A stretch of DNA of 42,592 bases, taken from the NCBI GenBank assembly GCA_049598495.1, contig JBMYNR010000013.1:1-42592 (forward strand). The letters run 5' to 3'. The DNA is from Opitutales bacterium. GTDB lineage: Bacteria; Verrucomicrobiota; Verrucomicrobiia; Opitutales; Coraliomargaritaceae. A program made the position numbers and the translations under genes. This document shows, piece after piece, positions 1 through 10,004 of the stretch (the first letter of the stretch is position 1; the number at the start of each line of letters is the position of its first letter). Below the pieces are notes generated by a model. It made no database searches, was not told where the DNA came from, and saw only the letters and a program-made list of their open reading frames with translations.

Positions 1-55
1 CAGAACGCGGCCCGCGCCTTGCCAGCCACGCTTCTGAACTCGTGAGATGTCCGGG
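1..55. mobile_element. Right end of a MITE-like element (same family as 13949-14189), truncated by the window edge
   Basis: 1-41 CAGAACGCGGCCCGCGCCTTGCCAGCCACGCTTCTGAACTC aligns with ~14134-14175 TGGAACACGGCTCGCGCCTTGCCAAAGCCAATTCTGGATCTC. It ends in ...GATGTCCGGG followed by TTAG (56-59), the reverse complement of the CTAA target at the other copy. Confidence 0.7.
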
Positions 56-1125
56 TTAGCGATGCTAAGCTGCTGGACACAGCGCAAGCAGCCATTGAGT
101 ATTTATTGGAAGAAAACAAGGTGCTGAAGGAGCAGTTTGAATCTACAGGCAAGAAGCTGAGCTTGAACAATCAGCAGCGGCGTGGTCTGGCCAAACGTGG
201 TAAAGCACTCGGATGGGCTAAGCTACAGGAGTATGCGACTCTGGTTCGTCCCGAAACGATACTCGCATGGCATCGCAAATTGGTCGCTCTGAAGTATACT
301 GCAAAACGCAAAATCAACACATCCAAGCAGGAGCGCATGGAGGCCATCCGCGAGTTATGCGTGAAGTTCTCCGAAGAAAATCCCGGCTGGGGCTATGGCC
401 GCATTCAGGGAGCCTTGTCGAATCTCGGTTATGAAGTAAGCATGACCACGGTCGGCAATATACTTAGGGCCAAAGGTATCACTCCATCACCTGAGCGTAA
501 CAAGCGTTCGAACTGGCGCACTTTTGTTCGTTCTCACCTCGACGTAATGACAGTGGCTGACTTCTTTACTGTCGAAGTTTGGACACTGAGTGGACTGGTT
601 CGTTATCAAGTGCTCTTTGCCATGCATCTGGCCAAGAGGGAAGTTCGTATCCTACACATCGGCTGCCAGGTGAACGGCAAGGTGATGGAACAGGTCGCCC
701 GCAACCTGACCGACGGCATCGACGGATTTCTTAAGGATCAACGCTTCTTTGTCTGTGACCACGACGTGCTCTTCACGAAAGCATTCCGTCGAATCCTGTC
801 GGATGCGGGTGTGGAAATTATTCGAACCCGTGTTGGGTGTCCGGAGCAAAACGGCTATGCCGAGAGTTTCGTATCCGCGATTAGACGCGAGTGTCTGGAC
901 CAGATGATTTTCTTCGGAGAGAAGTCGCTTCGCCGAGCAATCGAGCAATACATGGAGCACTTTCACAGCGAACGAAATCATCAGGGACTCGATAATTTGA
1001 TACCTTTCCCGAATAGTCCTCGAAGCCGCTCGGAAAGCGGACTGATCGTAAAAAGTGAACGGCTCGGAGGGCTGTTAAACTATTATCATCGAGAAAACGG
1101 AGAGGAGGAACGACTGGCCGGATAG
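56..1125 (+). pseudogene. Integrase-core (rve, DDE) transposase with a disrupted 5' end
   Basis: ORF 106-1125 has WGYGRIQGAL, ADFFTVEV, CDHD, P.QNGYAESFV..IRRECLD and ERNHQGL motifs. Upstream LAMLSCWTQRKQ (56-91) is out of frame with AIEYLLEENK, there is an in-frame TGA at 43-45, and a MITE end abuts at 55. Confidence 0.8.
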
Positions 1126-1563
1126 CAAAATCACAGAAAGCGTGATCGAAATGATCGAAATAATGCAAGGAAATCGACCCGAATTGGAGCCGTCTGAGGC
1201 GGGGCGGAAGCGTTATCTCGATCAAGATGATCAAAATAGAATCGACGTAATAGCCGAGAATCCCTTTAAATCAGGGCTTTAGAAGGTGTTAACCACTTTT
1301 GGATTATTTCGATCAGTTCGATTTTCAACATGTGATTGCCCAGCCACGATTACGCTGCTGACTTCACCGGAACCGCGTTGCTGGGCGCTATTTCGCTTTC
1401 CTTTGATGAGTCGCTTGATTTCGATTCACAGTCGTTGCGTTTTACCAATAAAATGGCAGCAAACGAGCTCTTAAAGAGCCAGTATTCATATCGTGAGGAG
1501 TTTCTCCCGGGATAGGCTCACCATTTCAATGTTCTCTGTGTATCCACATCCAGGCAAACAGGC

Positions 1564-2158
1564 ATGCTTCGATCCATTCTCCATTGTCTCTTGATTCTTG
1601 TGCTGAGTGGATTCATCAATCGTCACTCTATGTCTGCAAGTGAATCACGGTCTTATGAAATTGGTCTCTCCATGTATTCCCTGCGTGAGCTTTTCCGATC
1701 CGGTGAATTACATGCTCACGATTATCCCGAGTTTGCTAAGTCGACCTTCGGAATTACAAAGATTGATGTGTGGGATGGCGGTTACCCCACAGATTGGCAA
1801 GAAGACGCGGAGTTTCTTCCTGAATTGAAGCGCCGGGCAGATGCCGTAGGATCAGAGATTTTCCTAGTCATGGCAGGCACCGTCAATGCGGAGCCGAATG
1901 ATGATGCCATTCTTCGGGCCAATGGTGAAGGGAACAGATATTTACCAGGGCACCACCGATATGATGCCCCATACGGTTGTGGTTTCCGCGAAGACACATG
2001 ACATCCATCCCGACGGCTCGGCTGCTGAGTTTGACTACCCACGCTTGACGAAGATTATCCGTGATTCCGGCTTCAGTGGGATCGTTTCAATCGAATACGA
2101 AGGTGCCAATCTCGGCCCGGTCGAAGGCGTCCGTGCGACCCAGCGTCTTATCGAGTAG
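1564..2158 (+). pseudogene. Sugar phosphate isomerase/epimerase (xylose-isomerase-like TIM barrel) with internal deletion and frameshift
   Basis: The N-part IGLSMYSLR...FAKSTFGI is in ORF 1564-2001 and the C-part VSAKTHD...DY...GFSGIVSIEYEG is in ORF 1886-2158. The frame switches near 1930 and the central barrel segment is missing. Confidence 0.7.
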
Positions 2159-2203
2159 GTATCTTCAGGGCCGTGAAAACTCGAAGCCAAGCGGGTAACC
2201 GAG

Positions 2204-2279
<76 letters not shown>

Positions 2280-2331
2280 TTACCGAGGAAGACAGCAAAA
2301 ATGCCTCGGGTGATTCCCGCGTCAATAGTTT

Positions 2332-3135
2332 TTAGCGACTTTGTAGTTCTGCGAGGTATTCTCTCAGTTCTACCTCCGTCAGCTCCATATGCTCCTGGCA
2401 GAAACAGAGCATGTCAGCCTGTGGGTTTGCAGTGAAGGTGACTGTTTTTTCGGGAAAGTTGAAATCGTAGCGAAAACAATGAAGTGCCTGGCGCTGCATC
2501 GGCAGGACCTTTGCCATGCGATCGGTCCAACCATTTTCGATGAATTCGATGTAAAGGGTCTCGTCGGGGCCGTAAATTTTGTCGCCGACAATACGATGCC
2601 CGATGTAATCGGCATGCACTCGTATCTGGTGCTTGCGACCGGTTACAGGCACCACTCGGCAAAGGGTGTAGTTGTTGCATGACACAACGGGGATAAAGGT
2701 CGTCACTGCGGTTTGTGCGGTGCGGTCATCGCTGACCTCGGATTTGACGACCACGGGACCCCCTGTGCGTCGAGCGATCGAGCGATCTACCGTCAGTGGC
2801 TCATCCATTACGCCCTCTACGAGGGCAATGTAGATCTTGCTAACGATTCGATCTTGGATCGCCATTTGAAACTTGCGGGCTACTGCAGGTCGCTTTGCAA
2901 AAACGATGAGGCCGCTGGTTTCACGATCGAGTCGAGCTACCAAATGTAGCTTTTCGGCACCCGTGTATTCCCGAACCACGCCGACGAGACTGGACATGGG
3001 TCCGTTCTTGGACGGGTGGCAGACGAGCCAGCCGGGCTTGTTGACGATGAGCAAATCGTCGTCCTCCTGAACAATCCAAGAGTGAAAATCCTGCATCTCT
3101 ACAAGCGGCGCCTCTTCACCAAAGACCTCATTCAT
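2332..3135 (-). CDS. RluA-family pseudouridine synthase
   Basis: VNKPGWLVCHP, RLDRETSG, TGRKHQIRVH, IVGDKIYG and RQALH motifs. Confidence 0.93.
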   Translation of the reverse strand: MNEVFGEEAPLVEMQDFHSWIVQEDDDLLIVNKPGWLVCHPSKNGPMSSLVGVVREYTGAEKLHLVARLDRETSGLIVFAKRPAVARKFQMAIQDRIVSKIYIALVEGVMDEPLTVDRSIARRTGGPVVVKSEVSDDRTAQTAVTTFIPVVSCNNYTLCRVVPVTGRKHQIRVHADYIGHRIVGDKIYGPDETLYIEFIENGWTDRMAKVLPMQRQALHCFRYDFNFPEKTVTFTANPQADMLCFCQEHMELTEVELREYLAELQSR

Positions 3136-3961
3136 TCTTATGCTGTTCCAATCTCAATTTACGGAGAATCATGCCTCCAATTCGGGTGATACATAGTAGA
3201 GGGGCTTTACCTCCAAATAAGGCAATGCACTTATTCTTCCATCCCGTCACCACGAGTGTACGCTTGCGAGCGATGGCATTCAGGGTCAAATCGGCGACCT
3301 CGTCAGAGGTCATATCAAGGCCCTTGTTCGCACCTTTATTCATGGGTGGCGTCTTAAATCCGGCCGCTTTGAAGAAGTTGGAGCGGGTGGGGCCGGGGCA
3401 GACCGCAAGTGTTCGGACACCGGTATTTCTTAGGTCCTCATTTAGCGCGAGGGACCAATTTCGGACAAATGCCTTCGTCGCTCCGTAGGTAGCGAGAAAA
3501 GGAGTCGGCTGAAAAGAGGCTGTTGAGGCAATATTCACGATGACACCTCCGCGCTGGAGAATAGCCGGAAGGAGACGAGCAGTCAGATCGACCACGGCAC
3601 GCACATTCAAATCAATCATATTCAACTGTTTAGCGGGTTCGAGGTCCTGGAAGCAGCCATAGTCCCCAAAGCCGCTGTTATTCACTAGGAGGACCTCTCC
3701 TTGGGAGGACTCCTCGATCTTTTTCGCAAGTGACTCTGCAACAGCGGTTAACGCATTTGGATCCGATAGATCTGCCCCAAAATGAACACCGTTCGCGCCC
3801 AAATAAATTGCGGGCATAGACCGAGAAATGTTGCATAACACAATATTGGGTCTTATATTCAAAATTGATTTGATAATTGAGCGGCCAATTCCAGACGATC
3901 CTCCTGTAATAATGATTACAGAGAAGCGGCTGAAGTATTCCGAATGCTTCATGGGCTTCAT
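3128..3961 (-). CDS. Short-chain dehydrogenase/reductase (SDR)
   Basis: TGGSSGIG, VNNSGFG, NIAS and YGATK motifs. Start trimmed to the ATG at 3961 (or 3952) because the longer ORF overlaps hpf. Confidence 0.9.
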   Translation of the reverse strand: MKPMKHSEYFSRFSVIIITGGSSGIGRSIIKSILNIRPNIVLCNISRSMPAIYLGANGVHFGADLSDPNALTAVAESLAKKIEESSQGEVLLVNNSGFGDYGCFQDLEPAKQLNMIDLNVRAVVDLTARLLPAILQRGGVIVNIASTASFQPTPFLATYGATKAFVRNWSLALNEDLRNTGVRTLAVCPGPTRSNFFKAAGFKTPPMNKGANKGLDMTSDEVADLTLNAIARKRTLVVTGWKNKCIALFGGKAPLLCITRIGGMILRKLRLEQHKNE

Positions 3962-4060
3962 GGATATCTCAGGAGTTGGCTTTTTTGTGCTCAATCGAAT
4001 CGAGGCAGCGGTTTCAAAGGGACCGTTAAATCGAACCAATAAAAGAAAAGGAATACAAAT

Positions 4061-4426
4061 ATGAAGCAACATGACGTCATTATCTCTGGAATTAACATGG
4101 AACTGACAACTGCGATCAAAAATATGGTTCATGAAAAGGCGGAGAAACTCTTCGAGCACGACGATCAGATTATTCGCATGCGAGTAGAGCTCGAATATGA
4201 CCCCCATCAGAAAACTCACCAGAGGGAATTTATTGCGAAAGGCCAACTTGAGGTGAGGGGCAACGACCATTTCGCCTCAGCGGACACAGATGACTTGTAT
4301 AAATCCATTGATGACTTGGTTCATAAGTTGGATCGTATGCTCCGCCGGCGGTCGCGCATGAAGAAGGTTAAGCGTAAGGATACGCATCTAGTTGATATTC
4401 CTGCCGATATCCCGAAGGCTGTCTAG
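4061..4426 (+). CDS. hpf: Ribosome hibernation promoting factor (HPF/RaiA family)
   Basis: ISGINMELT..IK...EK..KL and DDLYKSID....KLDR.LRR motifs; AAGGA RBS upstream. Confidence 0.88.
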   Translation: MKQHDVIISGINMELTTAIKNMVHEKAEKLFEHDDQIIRMRVELEYDPHQKTHQREFIAKGQLEVRGNDHFASADTDDLYKSIDDLVHKLDRMLRRRSRMKKVKRKDTHLVDIPADIPKAV

Positions 4427-4483
4427 TTATACCACTTTATAAAATTATATTAGCGGTATTACGAATCATACTAGCCAATTCAG

Positions 4484-4513
4484 AGTCCACTGGCTCCGTC
4501 GGTGGACTTTTTT
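4484..4513 (+). terminator. Rho-independent terminator after hpf
   Basis: AGTCCAC...GTGGACT stem followed by a T run. Confidence 0.75.
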
Positions 4514-4552
4514 GCGTTTGCAGCGCGATGCATTTTCAATTTTCTTTCAAAT

Positions 4553-4912
4553 ATGGATCCAAATTTCTATCAGGTTCTTCACATTATCGGCATTTGCATG
4601 GTCTTTCTTGGCTACGGAGCCCTATTGGCTCGCAGCATGGTGGCGCCCGATGATTTTTCAGTTCGCAAGCTGGGTTCGATTACCAGTGGTATCGGCTTGT
4701 TGCTGATACTGATCGCTGGCTTTGGCTTGATCTCAAAGCTCGGACATGGCTTCACCGATCCGTGGCTGATTATAAAAATGATTATCTGGCTCGCACTGGG
4801 CGGTTTAATCGCCCTGATCAACCGTAAGCCACAGCTTGCCGTATTGCTTTGGTGGCTCTTAATTGCCCTCGGTGCAACGGCTGCAATCATGGTCTATGCT
4901 GTGCGTTTTTAG
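4553..4912 (+). CDS. Small 4-TM membrane protein (SirB2/DUF2269-like)
   Basis: YQVLHIIG...GIGLLLILIAGFGL...PWLIIKMIIW pattern and four hydrophobic segments. Confidence 0.7.
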   Translation: MDPNFYQVLHIIGICMVFLGYGALLARSMVAPDDFSVRKLGSITSGIGLLLILIAGFGLISKLGHGFTDPWLIIKMIIWLALGGLIALINRKPQLAVLLWWLLIALGATAAIMVYAVRF

Positions 4913-4995
4913 CAAATTAACAGATTCCTGTAATTTTTTGAAAGTTCTGCTTGATCTAGAGCGGTAGCTTTGTCTTTATCCCGCACTTCTCAAAT

Positions 4996-5072
<77 letters not shown>

Positions 5073-5260
5073 CTTTAAAGCGTTTCGTTCAACGGGGCGC
5101 TTTTTTGTTTGCTTAGGTTCAGCTGTATTCGATCGGGACTTTTCACCTTTGGTGTTCCGGTTCGCTGTCGCGCCCGGTCTTGTCGCCCGCTTCGCGGGCT
5201 CGGAACAAGTCCCTACAGGTGTGCCACTTTAAAGCCCTAAGCAAATCGTTCGGGGCTTTT
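5073..5260 (+). repeat. tRNA-linked repeat element (Arg copy): terminator, structured core, duplicated tRNA 3' end, second terminator
   Basis: 30-bp direct repeat 5052-5081 = 5206-5235. Core motifs TCCGGTTC, GCCCGGTCTTGTCG (5172-5185) and CTCGGAAC (5199-5206) are shared with the Tyr and Gln loci. Confidence 0.9.
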
Positions 5261-5359
5261 ACCACTGTTCGATATGATTGCGGGGCAGTGGGGCATTGCC
5301 CTCCATTCTATCAATCAACTAGCAATTATCTTTCGAAACGGCATAAATACCCTAGGCCT

Positions 5360-6064
5360 CTATGCATAAACCATTCGTGAGCACTGGTCACAGAAAGTCG
5401 GTTCACCCCGGTTTATAGCTTCTCGGGCCACTTCATTGGAAACACGCAGGTGGCAACCTCCACATTTGTGGGCCTCGATGCGTACAACATAAGGTGCACG
5501 TTTCGCCAGCTTCTTAACTCGGTCGTAATGCTCGAGCCAGTTCTCGTCGACTTCTGCCCGTGCGGCCTCAACCGCAGCCTTTGCTTCGTCGATCGAAGCG
5601 TTTAAGTTCTGTTCCAACTCGTCGAGTTGGACGATTTGTCTCCGTTGATCCGCAATCCGAGCATCGATCGTCGCCTTTTCTGAATGGAAGGCTTCCCGCT
5701 CACTGTCAATCTCGAGCATTAGTTCGATTTCGCGCTCCTCCAATCGGGAAATTTCGCTTTCCCCTTTTTCAATTTGGTGGGTAAGGGCGCGATATTCGTC
5801 GTTCTTTTTAACCTCTAACTGCTGAGTCCGGAATTTTGCGATACCTGCTTCTTTGGACTTCACTTCGGTGTCCAGTTCGTGTCGCTCTACTTCCTTCTCT
5901 TTGAGTGCTTGGCTCGCCGCTTCAATATTGGCCTCTTCTGCAGTGATTTTTGCCTCAATTGCCTGGAGGTCTTTTGGTATTCGCGCGAGTTCCTGCTCGA
6001 TTTTCTGAAGCGTGGTATCGCGATCTTGGACAATAAGAAGCTTTTCGATTTGCGGGTCGGCCAT
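5360..6064 (-). CDS. Coiled-coil C4 zinc-ribbon protein (DUF164/CdsZ-like)
   Basis: Long coiled coil and C-terminal CGGC...CDQCSR. Confidence 0.9.
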   Translation of the reverse strand: MADPQIEKLLIVQDRDTTLQKIEQELARIPKDLQAIEAKITAEEANIEAASQALKEKEVERHELDTEVKSKEAGIAKFRTQQLEVKKNDEYRALTHQIEKGESEISRLEEREIELMLEIDSEREAFHSEKATIDARIADQRRQIVQLDELEQNLNASIDEAKAAVEAARAEVDENWLEHYDRVKKLAKRAPYVVRIEAHKCGGCHLRVSNEVAREAINRGEPTFCDQCSRMVYA

Positions 6065-6127
6065 ACTGAGGTATCTCTAGCATACGACTCAAAACAGGCT
6101 CTTCCTCAGAGCAACCCTAAAGCGCCC

Positions 6128-6484
6128 ATGAGTGATACTTCTCTTCAGGACCAAATTGACGATGCCACCTTGGACTTCACCTTAGGTGACAGCGCCACTG
6201 CCATTGACAAGCTGACCAAATTAACGGAGGCCCATCCCGATACCTTTGCTGCCTGGCATGCGCTGACGGAGGTTTATTTCTCTGAGGGCGATTATGATGC
6301 GGCTCTGGCGGCAGGTCAAAAAGCGCATGCACTTTCGTCGGATGATATTCACATCAACACCAGCCTTTCCCGTATCTGGGTGGAACGTGGCGACAAGGAG
6401 AAGGCTGAGCACTTCGGTGCACAGGCCCGAATGCTGGGATGGAAGGATGAGCTGAAGTCGCCACCGGAAGCCGACGATATTTAG
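6128..6484 (+). CDS. Tetratricopeptide repeat protein
   Basis: TPR-like AWHALTEVYFSEGDYDAALAA helices; ATG at 6128. Confidence 0.75.
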   Translation: MSDTSLQDQIDDATLDFTLGDSATAIDKLTKLTEAHPDTFAAWHALTEVYFSEGDYDAALAAGQKAHALSSDDIHINTSLSRIWVERGDKEKAEHFGAQARMLGWKDELKSPPEADDI

Positions 6485-6520
6485 TCTGTATATGAGTCGT
6501 ATGCTCTTGGGTGAGCGGCA

Positions 6521-6550
6521 TTGACAGGCTGCAATACTCGAGCCTAAATC
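6521..6550 (+). promoter_or_regulatory. Putative sigma70 promoter of accA
   Basis: TTGACA at 6521-6526 and CTAAAT/TAAATC 17-18 bp downstream, just before the ATG at 6560. Confidence 0.45.
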
Positions 6551-6559
6551 TGCGGTTAC

Positions 6560-7534
6560 ATGGAAGACGTTACGTATACGCTTGAATTTGAAAAACCGCT
6601 CCGCGAACTGGAGAAGCAACTGATGACCTTAAATCAGGTATCGCAGGAATCGAAGGTTGATGTTTCGACCGAGGTCGCGGCGATTGAGGCCAAGATTGAG
6701 GAGACCAAGAAGGAAATCTACTCCAACCTGACGGCTTGGCAGCGTGTGCAACTGTCACGGCACCCCAAGCGTCCTTATTCTCTCGATTACATTGATCTTA
6801 TATTCGAAGACTTTGAAGAGCTGCATGGAGATCGCCGCTTTCGCGAGGATGCTGCTATAGTTGGAGGGCCCGCATTTTTGAACGGGCAGGCGGTGATGGT
6901 TCTGGGCCAGCAAAAGGGCCGCAACACACGCGAGAACCTGAAGCGTAACTTCGGCTGCCCGCACCCCGAGGGCTATCGCAAGGCCATGCGTTTGATGGAG
7001 ATGGCCGAGAAGTTCGACATGCCTATCATCACATTTATTGACACACCTGGAGCTTATCCGGGCATCGGTGCCGAGGAGCGGCACGTCGCTGAAGCCATCG
7101 CCGTGAATATTCGAGATATGAGTGCGCTAAAGGTTCCGATTATGACCATTGTGATCGGCGAGGGCGGTAGTGGCGGTGCTCTTGGTATGGCCGTAGCTGA
7201 TGAGGTCATGATCCTTGAGAACGGTTATTACTCCGTCATTTCCCCGGAGGGCTGTGCTGCGATCCTCTGGAAAGATCGCGCGGAGGCACCCAAGGCAGCC
7301 GAGGCACTCAAATTCAGCCCCGAATATCTGGAAAAGTTTGGTGTTGTCGATCGGGTGATTCCTGAACCGATGGGGGGTGCCCATCGTGATTATCAAGGTG
7401 CCGCAGAGAATTTGAAAAAGGCGATCCTCGATACACTCGGAACATTGAAGAAGAAAAGCACCAAGAAGCTCTTGGAGGATCGCTACACCAAATACCGGAA
7501 TCTTGGAGAATTTGCGGAGAAGGCGAAAGGATAG
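6560..7534 (+). CDS. accA: Acetyl-CoA carboxylase carboxyltransferase alpha subunit
   Basis: LEFEKPL, ELHGDR, PEGYRKA, DTPGAYPG, GEGGSGGAL and YSVISPEGCAAILW motifs. Confidence 0.98.
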   Translation: MEDVTYTLEFEKPLRELEKQLMTLNQVSQESKVDVSTEVAAIEAKIEETKKEIYSNLTAWQRVQLSRHPKRPYSLDYIDLIFEDFEELHGDRRFREDAAIVGGPAFLNGQAVMVLGQQKGRNTRENLKRNFGCPHPEGYRKAMRLMEMAEKFDMPIITFIDTPGAYPGIGAEERHVAEAIAVNIRDMSALKVPIMTIVIGEGGSGGALGMAVADEVMILENGYYSVISPEGCAAILWKDRAEAPKAAEALKFSPEYLEKFGVVDRVIPEPMGGAHRDYQGAAENLKKAILDTLGTLKKKSTKKLLEDRYTKYRNLGEFAEKAKG

Positions 7535-7560
7535 TCAGATTGCCTCTGCTGCCCGACTAC

Positions 7561-9189
7561 TTACGAGCCCAGTTTCTCCGCCGTCTCCTGTTCGAGACGT
7601 TCGATATATTCACTCACGTTGCATGTGAGCATACGTGTGCTTCCAGGGGAGACCTCGAGTACCTTGTTGACGACGCCGTCGAGGAAAGCACGGTCGTGGC
7701 TGACCAAGATCACAGTGCCCTCATAGAGATTGATCGCCTCCTGAAGCACCTCCTTAGACTTGATATCCAAGTGATTCGTAGGTTCATCCAGGATCATGCA
7801 GTTGGCGGGGTGCATGAGCATCTTCGCTAGGGCTACTCGGTTCTTCTCGCCACCTGAAAGAACAGAGGTTTTTTTTAGGGCCTCATCTCCCGAAAAGAGC
7901 AGGGCTCCCAAAGCACCGCGCGGATTGGCGTCGTCATTGCCGACGGAGGCTTTTTCAACTTCTTCAAGGACGGTATTATTGGGGTCGAGTTCCTCTGCCT
8001 GAGATTGGGCAAAATAGCCGATCACCGTGTTGATACCTTTCTCGACTTCGCCGCTCTGATACGGCTCGGTGCCAGCCATGATTCTCGCCAGAGTGGACTT
8101 GCCGGCACCATTGACGCCAACGACTGCGATCCGGTCGCCCTGGTCAATTCGGAGGTCCAGTCCATCGAATATCACATTGTCGTCGTAGGCCTTGTGCAGA
8201 TCCTTGATAGTAATGACTTTCGCGCTGGCGGGAGGCGCCTTGGGGAAGCGAAAGAACATCTTCTTCTCGTCCCGAGGGATTTTGATGATCTCCATTTTTT
8301 CGAGTTGCTTGATGCGGCTCTGAACCATGCTGGCCTTTTTAACATTTGAGCGGAATTTATTGATCCACTCTTTTGTTTCCGAAATTTCTTTTTGTTGGTT
8401 CTTGTAGGCTTTGCGCAATTGTTCGAGGCGAGCGTCGCTTTCCTTCACGTAGTAGCTATAATTGCCCTTGAAGCTGGTAAGATTACCCAGTTTGAGTTCG
8501 ATCGTCCGGTTGGTGACTTCGTCGAGGAACGCGCGGTCGTGTGAAATTACGATGAGCGCCCCCTGATAGTGCTTAAGATACTGCTCGACCCAGTGCTGCG
8601 AGACAATATCCAGGTGGTTAGTGGGCTCGTCCAGAATGATGAGTGACGGATTTTGGAGAAGGAGCTTGGCGAGTGCGATACGCATTTGCCAACCGCCGGA
8701 AAATTCACCTGTGTCACGCTCGAAGTCACTTTCGTTAAAACCCATGCCGAGCAGGATGCGCTCTATCCGCGACTTCATCTTAGCGGGTTCATAGTTCTCG
8801 AGTAGTTGTTCCCACTCTCCGATTGTGTCGATGAGTTCGTAGTATTCCTCCGAATCTGTGTCCATCTCAAGCAACTGTTCGTCCGCCTTTTCGATCTTCG
8901 ATTGCAGATCAAGGATGTCACCAAAAGCACTTTCCGCTTCGGCAAAAAGGGATTGTCCCGATACGGAAATCCCGTCCTGTGGTAGGTAGCCGACGCTTGC
9001 GTAATCCGGCTTATCAATTGAACCGCCGTCGCACTCAAGTTCCCCCATCAACATTCGCAGTAGGGTCGTCTTGCCGGAACCATTGGAACCCACCAGCGCG
9101 ATACGGTCTTGTGAGTTAATTACACAGTTTATCTCGTTAAAAAGGACCTTCTTGCCGAAGTTGTGAGTGACTTGGTTGATGGTAATCAT
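7561..9189 (-). CDS. ABC-F family ATP-binding protein
   Basis: Two ABC cassettes (GSNGSGKT, FSGGW, LDEPTNHLD; GVNGAGKS, LSGGEK, LDEPTNHLD) and no TM segments. Start trimmed to 9189. Confidence 0.95.
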   Translation of the reverse strand: MITINQVTHNFGKKVLFNEINCVINSQDRIALVGSNGSGKTTLLRMLMGELECDGGSIDKPDYASVGYLPQDGISVSGQSLFAEAESAFGDILDLQSKIEKADEQLLEMDTDSEEYYELIDTIGEWEQLLENYEPAKMKSRIERILLGMGFNESDFERDTGEFSGGWQMRIALAKLLLQNPSLIILDEPTNHLDIVSQHWVEQYLKHYQGALIVISHDRAFLDEVTNRTIELKLGNLTSFKGNYSYYVKESDARLEQLRKAYKNQQKEISETKEWINKFRSNVKKASMVQSRIKQLEKMEIIKIPRDEKKMFFRFPKAPPASAKVITIKDLHKAYDDNVIFDGLDLRIDQGDRIAVVGVNGAGKSTLARIMAGTEPYQSGEVEKGINTVIGYFAQSQAEELDPNNTVLEEVEKASVGNDDANPRGALGALLFSGDEALKKTSVLSGGEKNRVALAKMLMHPANCMILDEPTNHLDIKSKEVLQEAINLYEGTVILVSHDRAFLDGVVNKVLEVSPGSTRMLTCNVSEYIERLEQETAEKLGS

Positions 9190-9342
9190 AGCCGAGTGAA
9201 GTAATACCGCGCTATGCACGGAGTAAAAGTTAGATATGAGAATGAAAGCGCGGCGGGTGAAATGACCCTCTCTCCGAAGTTTCACTTTGGACTTCGCGCT
9301 ACGGATAAGCGCGGCAATGAAACAAGGAGGCCCGGTAAATGC

Positions 9343-9377
9343 AAAGAAAAAGCCCGCGGCATTATAGCCACGGGCTT
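9343..9377 (-). terminator. Rho-independent terminator after the EF-hand gene
   Basis: AAGCCCGCGGC...GCCACGGGCTT stem with an A run on the left (U tract on the minus strand). Confidence 0.75.
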
Positions 9378-9412
9378 CGGATACTGAGCGACTGGACTAA
9401 AACCCCCGAGTT

Positions 9413-9886
9413 CTAGATGTCCTTTTTAGCACGCATTTTCATGCCGCCTGTCCTCATTTCCTCCTTGGTTAATTCGCCATCGCCATCACTGTCGATCCCT
9501 TCGAATCGTTGTGCGAGTCGTTCGCCGGCTTCCTCCTTCGAAATGGAACCATTTCCGTTGATATCCATTTCTTCCAGTCTATTCGCACGTTCGCGTTGCA
9601 TATTTTGTTGGCGTTCGCGCATCTTTCGGGCGATTGATGTGTGCTCTTCTCGGGAGATACTACCGTCGCTATTCTGGTCGATGCGATCGAAGTGTTTTGC
9701 CAATGGGCCCTTAGCTTCCTCCTGAGAGATACTCCCATTTTGATCAGCGTCGAGTTTTGCAAACAATTGCTCAGGGTTCGGGCGATTTCCTTTTTCATGT
9801 AGTCTGTCGCCATCCGTTTGAGCCTGCAAACTGAGAGTAAGAAGTATTGCCGGTAGGGCGAGGAGTGTCCGTGTTTTAGATTTCAT
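9413..9886 (-). CDS. Secreted EF-hand calcium-binding protein
   Basis: Signal peptide followed by four DxDxNGxIS..E loops. Confidence 0.9.
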   Translation of the reverse strand: MKSKTRTLLALPAILLTLSLQAQTDGDRLHEKGNRPNPEQLFAKLDADQNGSISQEEAKGPLAKHFDRIDQNSDGSISREEHTSIARKMRERQQNMQRERANRLEEMDINGNGSISKEEAGERLAQRFEGIDSDGDGELTKEEMRTGGMKMRAKKDI

Positions 9887-10004
9887 ATTTTTGGGGTTGT
9901 CGTTCACTTAATAGCGTTTGTGCTGCGTGAATTAGGTATCGCCATAGCTCCCACAAAAGTTGCAGGAAGTTTTATGCCCGCTAAGCGATTTTATCCCCTT
10001 ACTG

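Noticed and set aside
3962..4270. N-terminal extension of the SDR ORF, and similar extensions of the ABC-F, ACT, photolyase, cimA and lexA ORFs
   Set aside because: They overlap neighbouring genes or promoters and precede the family's normal start, so they are ORF-caller artefacts.
5135..5226. Duplicated tRNA ends (also 14246-14264 and 34971-34991) read as extra tRNA genes
   Set aside because: No D-arm, anticodon arm or 5' acceptor strand is present.
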